DNA of 19,869 bases from Thermodesulfobacteriota bacterium (GTDB lineage: Bacteria > Desulfobacterota > Desulfobulbia > Desulfobulbales > SURF-16): positions 1-19,869 of the forward strand of contig JBDLIE010000049.1 in assembly GCA_039715015.1 (NCBI GenBank), written 5' to 3'. Below, one piece after another: positions 14,516 through 19,869 of the stretch (the stretch's first letter is position 1; each line of letters starts with the position of its first letter). The position numbers and the translations under genes were made by a program. The notes below the pieces were generated by a model. The model made no database searches and was not told the origin of the DNA. It saw only the letters and a list, made by a program, of their open reading frames with translations.

Positions 14516-15808
14516 ATGAGACATCAAAAGTGGCAAATAAGAAGGTGGGGTTTTTTATCTTTTCCTGGGGCTTCATTGCTTGCCCTGATGTTAATTTCAG
14601 GAGCCGAGGCTGGTGAGACTGTGCTCTCCGGCGGAGCAACGATGCAGCAGAACTATGATTCCAATATTCACCGGACCGATAGGAATCGTGTTAACGAGTG
14701 GACAACGGCCTTTTCGCCGAACATAGCAATCGACAGTACAGGTCAATACCATTCCCTTTTTTTAAAGTATTCCCCTTCCGTGGTTTACAGCCACCTCACT
14801 GATAACGAAAGGTGGGACCATTTCCTGACAACCGGTCTCAACAAGGAGCTTGGCGAACGTCTCTCTTTTTCCGTCAGAGACACCTTTGTCCGGGCGGAAG
14901 ACCCTTACTCTGATGAAGAAAGCGGCATCGAGCTTTCAGACTCCCGAGGTCGTAATCGTTACTGGACAAATAATGTGACTGCGAGTCTCGGCTATGAATA
15001 TGCCCGGGAAAGTTCCATCACCTTCTCCTATCTCAATATGATTCTTGATAACGATGAGAGGCTTGATGATGATTACGTTAAGCACAGGCCTGGTATTTCC
15101 ATTAAACAGCGCTTCAGTTCACATTGGCAGGCAGAGGCCGATTATTTTTTCACCAAGGGAAATTTTGAGGAGGATGATGACCTGGAGAACCATGCTGGTG
15201 ATTTGTATATCTACTACCTTCCTACCACCTTCTCGAAATTTTTTGTCCATGGCGGTTATACGACTAACCAATATCAGGGCATCAGCAATGATTATGACAT
15301 CAGTCGGGCCAGTATTGGCTTTGAACATCAGCTGTCATCGTCATCTGATGTCCGCCTTGAGGGCGGCGGTAGTTTCTTAAATCGAGATGTACGCGATGAT
15401 AAGGAAGCCTTCTATTTTACCGTGGCGGCTAATAAAAAGTTTCAGCATGGTTTTCTGTCTTTAAACGGTGAAGGGGGCATTGATGAACAGCAGTTTGACG
15501 GCACATCTGAGCTGGATGTGAGCCGCTATTGGCTGATTAGTTCAGCTTTTAACTACAGTCTGACTTCGAGCCTTGTGGCCGGAACTACATTTTCTTACCG
15601 TGAGGATACGTATTGGGAGCGAACACCTGAGGAGAAGGAGGAATTAGTTAAGGCAGAAGCTTCCTTATCTTATACTTTTTGGCGCTGGTACACGGCAACA
15701 GCTCGCTACGTCTATAGCATGAGGGATGCTGATGTCTCCACCAGGTGTTATGACGATAACCGCGTATTTCTCGAGTTGACCTATAATAAGGATTTTTTCC
15801 ATTGGTAA
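14516..15808 (+). CDS. Outer-membrane beta-barrel protein associated with EPS export (BBP2 / PEP-CTERM-locus barrel type)
   Basis: Signal peptide ending AEA, early YDSNI motif, alternating aromatic amphipathic strands, C-terminal YDDNRVFLELTY..FFHW. Located between the OPX and co-polymerase genes. Confidence 0.85.
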   Translation: MRHQKWQIRRWGFLSFPGASLLALMLISGAEAGETVLSGGATMQQNYDSNIHRTDRNRVNEWTTAFSPNIAIDSTGQYHSLFLKYSPSVVYSHLTDNERWDHFLTTGLNKELGERLSFSVRDTFVRAEDPYSDEESGIELSDSRGRNRYWTNNVTASLGYEYARESSITFSYLNMILDNDERLDDDYVKHRPGISIKQRFSSHWQAEADYFFTKGNFEEDDDLENHAGDLYIYYLPTTFSKFFVHGGYTTNQYQGISNDYDISRASIGFEHQLSSSSDVRLEGGGSFLNRDVRDDKEAFYFTVAANKKFQHGFLSLNGEGGIDEQQFDGTSELDVSRYWLISSAFNYSLTSSLVAGTTFSYREDTYWERTPEEKEELVKAEASLSYTFWRWYTATARYVYSMRDADVSTRCYDDNRVFLELTYNKDFFHW

Positions 15809-15814
15809 GGAGGT

Positions 15815-15842
15815 CTGCCGGTCACCTGAAATGGACCGGCAG
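15815..15842 (+). other. GC-rich intra-operonic stem-loop
   Basis: CTGCCGGTC (15815-15823) and GACCGGCAG (15834-15842) with a 10-nt loop; extendable by GGTAA/TTACC; no U-tract. Confidence 0.6.
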
Positions 15843-15894
15843 GTTACCAAAACGGGCTGTTCGATATTTTCCAACACAAGAGTAAGGGCTTTTT

Positions 15895-17439
15895 ATGGAT
15901 AAGAACCAATATCAGCTTATTAAAAAATATGCCGATCTGCTCCTGCGCTGGGACAAACTGCTGATCATTACTGTTTTGCTGGCTATTTCCAGCGGGCTTG
16001 TCATCTACCTGAAAACACCGAAGGTTTATCAGTCCTCGTCGCTGATCATGTATGAACAGCAGAAAATAAAGCCTTCCAAGTTGACCCCTGAGGTGAGCAA
16101 GAAGATCGAAACAATGGTCAATACAGTCAGCCAGCATGTGACCAGCCGGGGCAGCCTGGAAAAGGTTATTAATGAGTTCGACCTCTATGGTGAGTCATTA
16201 AGAAAAATGCCACTGGAAGACGTGATTGCCGTTATGCGTGATAAGCATATCATGGTCTACTCCGAGAAAAAGAGTGGCGACGTTTTTCAGGTCTCTTTTG
16301 AACACAAAAATCCTCGCAAGGCAATGCTGGTAACAAACGCTCTGGCCTCGAAGTTTATCGAGGAGAATCTGCGATTCCGTGAGGAATGGGCCTCGGAGAC
16401 AACAGATTATATCAAGTACGAATTGAAGTTGGCGAAAGAGGCCATTGATAAAAAAGAAGCGAAAATGCGCGATTATAAGCTCAAGTATTATAACGAGATG
16501 CCTGATCAGCGAGTCGCTAACATGAGCAGGCTCAATGCCCTGCAGGAACAGTACCAGGTCATCCAGGCAAACATTCAAAATTTGGAGCAGACCAGACTGC
16601 TTGCCCAGCAGCAGCATGATCTGCAGAAAAAAGGCATGGATGCAGCGCAGGAGCAGCCAAACGGGGGGAGTGGTTTTCAGGATCTGGAAACCGCTCGTCA
16701 GAACCTGAAAAGTTTATTAGCAAAATATACCCCTCAGCATCCTTCAGTCAAACAACTGCAAAAACAGATTGCCCAAATGGAAGCTGAACAGGCCGACGGT
16801 GGAATTCAGTCGCACTCCTCAGCTTCAGGTTCCGGTTCTGGCGAGCTTTCTTTTGCGGATAAAAGGGCCTCCCAGCTGAGAGAAATTGAAATAAATCTCG
16901 CAAGTCTGCGTAGCCATAGCAGCAAAATCGAAGAACAGGTGAAAACATATCAGCAGTGGATTGAGACAACTCCCGTCAGGGAAGCTGAGTGGGCAGCAAT
17001 TACAAGAGATTACGATGAGCTGAAAAAACATTATGAAAATCTTGTGTCCCAGAGCTTAGCTGCAGAATCTGCTGAGACTTTGGAGAGGAGACAAAAGGGG
17101 AGTCAGTTTCGCATTGTCGATTCTGCCTACCTGCCTGAAAAGCCCCTGAAGCCGGATTTTCTGTTTACCATGCTTGTTGCCATTGCTTCAGGTTTGGGGG
17201 GTGGTGTGGCTGTTGTCCTGCTGGTGGATTTTTTTGATACGTCTTTCAAAGATGCCAATGAGGTTGAAGAGTTTCTCCAGGTTCCCGTGCTGTGCTCTAT
17301 CCCCATGATTATCACTGACCAAGAGAAAAAAAGGTCACAAATTTTCTCCTGGTGCAGCTACACGGTTTTCTGCATAGCCTTCATAGGTATTGGAGCGCTT
17401 ATGGTCAATCTCTGGCAAAAGGGTGTTATTATTTTATAA
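15895..17439 (+). CDS. Polysaccharide co-polymerase / chain-length determinant (Wzc N-terminal-like, GumC family, XrtA-system type)
   Basis: N-terminal TM followed by PKVYQSSSLI, long coiled-coil periplasmic region, FRIVDSAYLPEKPLKP, second TM, DTSFKDANEVEEFLQVPVLCSIP kinase-activation segment, and an extra C-terminal TM. No fused kinase. Confidence 0.9.
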   Translation: MDKNQYQLIKKYADLLLRWDKLLIITVLLAISSGLVIYLKTPKVYQSSSLIMYEQQKIKPSKLTPEVSKKIETMVNTVSQHVTSRGSLEKVINEFDLYGESLRKMPLEDVIAVMRDKHIMVYSEKKSGDVFQVSFEHKNPRKAMLVTNALASKFIEENLRFREEWASETTDYIKYELKLAKEAIDKKEAKMRDYKLKYYNEMPDQRVANMSRLNALQEQYQVIQANIQNLEQTRLLAQQQHDLQKKGMDAAQEQPNGGSGFQDLETARQNLKSLLAKYTPQHPSVKQLQKQIAQMEAEQADGGIQSHSSASGSGSGELSFADKRASQLREIEINLASLRSHSSKIEEQVKTYQQWIETTPVREAEWAAITRDYDELKKHYENLVSQSLAAESAETLERRQKGSQFRIVDSAYLPEKPLKPDFLFTMLVAIASGLGGGVAVVLLVDFFDTSFKDANEVEEFLQVPVLCSIPMIITDQEKKRSQIFSWCSYTVFCIAFIGIGALMVNLWQKGVIIL

Positions 17440-17498
17440 AAGCAGACAAGGGCTGCTAAAGTCGGTTGCAGAACCCCTTGTGGAGAAGGAGTGTTTTT

Positions 17499-18356
17499 GT
17501 GGGAAAATTTACTGAAGCATTGGAAAAGACAGCATCGGTCCACCCCCCAGAACATAAGGGGACTAGTGGACAGGCTCGACAAGGCAGGCCGCAATCTGCG
17601 ACCTCCAGTCCTCGTCTGAAAAAAACCGAAAGGCCGGGCACAGGAAAGATGGCCAGGAGCCGATGGGATGAACGGCTGTTTCTGGCCACAGAAGGACAAT
17701 CGGCCGTGGCAGAGCGTTTCCGGCGGCTGCGCGGCGCTATTTTACATCCTCCTTCAGGCAAACGACCACGGACCATTTTGATTACCAGCCTGGTCCCTAA
17801 CGAGGGCAAGGGGTTTGTTTGCGCAAACCTTGGCGTTGCTCTGGCGGCGGAGATGGAGCATCATGCCCTGATGGTGGATTGTGACTTTCGGCGCCCTAAT
17901 CTGGCCCGGATGTTCGGGGTGGAAAACCAGACAGGTTTTGTCGATTATCTGCAAGGCAGGGCTGATCTCACTGCTCTGATACGTAAAACCAACCTGCCAA
18001 AACTCTCTCTTCTGCCAAGCGGCAGGCCGCCTCACAACCCGGCGGAAATCTTAACGTCGAAAAAAATTCCTGGCGTTATAGATGAACTGGCGCAACGATA
18101 TGAGGATCGCATCATCCTCATTGATAGTGCGCCCAATATTGTAGCCTCTGAGACAAGTATTCTGGCTAAGCGGGTTGATGGGGTAATTCTCGTGGTCCGC
18201 TGGGGGGTGTCCAGCAAAGAGTTAGTGAAGAAGTTTGCCCAAACACTGGGGTTGGAGAAAATTGTCGGTGTTGTTTTCAATGGCTATAAGGAGAGTAAGG
18301 TGGATTCTCTTTTGTATAAGAATTCAAGCTACGATTACAATCAGTATTATGAGTAG
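17499..18356 (+). CDS. Stand-alone bacterial tyrosine (BY) kinase, CpsD/CapB family
   Basis: AERFRRLR, Walker A-like TSLVPNEGKG, Walker A' VDCDFRRP, NPAE, Walker B ILIDSAP and a C-terminal Tyr cluster YKNSSYDYNQYYE. Start reassigned to GTG 17499 (MGKFTEALEK), 7 nt after AAGGAG. Confidence 0.9.
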   Translation: MGKFTEALEKTASVHPPEHKGTSGQARQGRPQSATSSPRLKKTERPGTGKMARSRWDERLFLATEGQSAVAERFRRLRGAILHPPSGKRPRTILITSLVPNEGKGFVCANLGVALAAEMEHHALMVDCDFRRPNLARMFGVENQTGFVDYLQGRADLTALIRKTNLPKLSLLPSGRPPHNPAEILTSKKIPGVIDELAQRYEDRIILIDSAPNIVASETSILAKRVDGVILVVRWGVSSKELVKKFAQTLGLEKIVGVVFNGYKESKVDSLLYKNSSYDYNQYYE

Positions 18357-18453
18357 CAACAAGTTACACCCAATGACATGTATTTGAGTAAATAGATATA
18401 GATGAATGCTTGATGGTGTGAACAAATAAAAATAGTAACAATGGATTTATTTC

Positions 18454-19836
18454 ATGCCGTATATTTTTAAGAAATATTATCCTCTCCGTAATATAGTTTT
18501 TTTTCAGGGAGAAGGAGTGTTGATTTTTCTCTCACTGAATGCGGTTTATTTTTTCTGGGAGGGAGCTGGTCAATTCGGTAATGATGCTATTCTGTATTCA
18601 TTTCGTGCTTTAGTAGTAACTCTCATATTTCAGTTATGCCTTTACTATTTTGATCTTTATGACTTAGGCATTGTTACCGGTATAGCTGATAATATAACAA
18701 GGATAACCCAAGCTTTTGGTTTTGGTTGTATCGCTCTTGGCCTTCTTTATTATTTCATTCCTGTTGTTATCATCTCAACAAAAGTTTTTCTGTCAGCATT
18801 TTTGGCTATCTGCGCCAGTATTGTCCTGTGGAGGCTTCTATATTTCTGGGTGCTGGAACGGAAATTGTTCACTCAGCCCATTGCCATTGTCGGTGTAGGC
18901 AATTTTGCAAAAACAATTGTCGATACTGTCGAGGCAAAACAAGATTCTGGTTATAAAATTGTTACCCAGATGGAATTGCAAGGAGTGGGCAATCCACTGC
19001 AAACATTATCCCCCTCTTTAGAGAGCCATGACCTTCGGGAACTCTGCCTTGCCAGGGATATTGAGAAAATTGTTTTGGCCGTTGACGAGAGAAGGGGGCA
19101 GCTTTCAATGCATGACCTCATTTCTTATAAATTCATGGGCATTGAAATTGTTGATGGCGTAGCCTTCTATGAAGATCTCACCGGAAAGATGCCCGTCGAA
19201 AAGGTGAACCCTTCCTGGTTTCTTTTCTCAAACGGTTTTCATGTGACTCGTCTGACAGAAAGGACTAAACGTGTCCTCGATATTTTAATTTCTTTTGTTG
19301 GGCTTCTCGTGTCACTACCAATCACCTTGCTTACGGCATTAATCATAAAGTTGGAATCTCCGGGACCTATTTTTTACCGGCAGCAGCGTGTAGGGCATCA
19401 CGGTGAAATTTTTGAGGTTATTAAATTTCGCTCTATGTGTCAGGATGCTGAAAAGAACGGTGCAGTCTGGGCAGTTCAGGAAGACAGCCGGGTGACGAGA
19501 TTTGGCGCAATTATCCGTAAGACAAGGATTGATGAAATTCCTCAAATGTACAACGTCTTGCGTGGGGACATGAGCTTTGTCGGACCTCGACCTGAAAGGC
19601 CTGTTTTTGTCCGTGAACTAGCCAAGACGATTCCCTTTTACTCCATAAGACATGTGGTTAAACCAGGGATCACCGGCTGGGCACAGGTTTGCTACCCTTA
19701 TGGTGCTTCAGAAGAAGATGCCCTGAGAAAGCTCGAATATGATCTTTTTTATTTGAAAAATCTTTCACTCTCATTTGATATGTTCATTATTTTTCAAACC
19801 GTAAAGATTGTCCTATTTCAGCGCGGAGCAAGATGA
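18454..19836 (+). CDS. Priming sugar transferase (polyprenyl-phosphate glycosylphosphotransferase), PEP-CTERM/XrtA-system type
   Basis: Four N-terminal TMs and a Rossmann-like IVGVG segment. Bac_transf domain with KRVLDI, GPIFYRQ, KFRSM, DSRVT, RIDEIPQ, MSFVGPRPERP, VKPGITGWAQV and YDLFY. Confidence 0.95.
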   Translation: MPYIFKKYYPLRNIVFFQGEGVLIFLSLNAVYFFWEGAGQFGNDAILYSFRALVVTLIFQLCLYYFDLYDLGIVTGIADNITRITQAFGFGCIALGLLYYFIPVVIISTKVFLSAFLAICASIVLWRLLYFWVLERKLFTQPIAIVGVGNFAKTIVDTVEAKQDSGYKIVTQMELQGVGNPLQTLSPSLESHDLRELCLARDIEKIVLAVDERRGQLSMHDLISYKFMGIEIVDGVAFYEDLTGKMPVEKVNPSWFLFSNGFHVTRLTERTKRVLDILISFVGLLVSLPITLLTALIIKLESPGPIFYRQQRVGHHGEIFEVIKFRSMCQDAEKNGAVWAVQEDSRVTRFGAIIRKTRIDEIPQMYNVLRGDMSFVGPRPERPVFVRELAKTIPFYSIRHVVKPGITGWAQVCYPYGASEEDALRKLEYDLFYLKNLSLSFDMFIIFQTVKIVLFQRGAR

Positions 19837-19869
19837 AGATGCATTACTACCGTGCTTAGATGGTAAGCA

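Noticed and set aside
15364..15372. GGCGGTAG ops-like element
   Set aside because: Lies deep in the beta-barrel coding sequence (Gly-Gly-Ser codons), not in an operon leader.
9448..19545. Remaining short ORFs nested within or antisense to the cyclase, phosphatase, TPR and EPS genes
   Set aside because: All lie largely within longer genes with clear family motifs; no independent coding evidence.
19833..19869. Start of the next gene
   Set aside because: The overlapping ATG at 19833 hits a stop after 8 codons, and the ATG at 19860 has too little sequence to judge.
1..19869. CRISPR arrays, tRNA/rRNA genes, transposases or integrases
   Set aside because: No regularly spaced repeats, RNA gene signatures or recombinase motifs were seen.

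Overview
This window is a bacterial PEP-CTERM/exosortase-associated exopolysaccharide (EPS) and surface-protein locus. Gene content suggests Desulfobacterota ('delta-proteobacteria'), but that is inference only. The minus strand on the left carries, from the window edge: a large secreted multi-repeat protein missed by the ORF track (at least 947 aa, runs off the left edge; FN3-like, 3 PKD, lectin-like, 3 Big_9/cadherin-like, lectin-like), an ATPase-less membrane-anchored MshEN-domain protein, a PEP-CTERM protein with a sigma-54 promoter, a WbpA-type nucleotide-sugar dehydrogenase and a single-domain response regulator. The middle has an ExeA-like ATPase with an OmpA-like domain and a GGDEF-PilZ diguanylate cyclase on the plus strand, converging on a PrsT-like TPR lipoprotein plus a PPP-family phosphatase on the minus strand. 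The right end is an EPS export operon: short OPX protein, outer-membrane beta-barrel, polysaccharide co-polymerase, stand-alone BY-kinase with an atypical Walker A, and a priming sugar transferase. The most interesting signal is a candidate local c-di-GMP circuit (cyclase plus MshEN membrane receptor) embedded in the locus, alongside three sigma-54 promoter matches, two of which share an upstream TTTTCCGGAAAA palindrome. Exosortase and prsK/prsR are not in this window. I saw no rRNA, tRNA, CRISPR or mobile elements. Family assignments come from motif recognition, not database searches.
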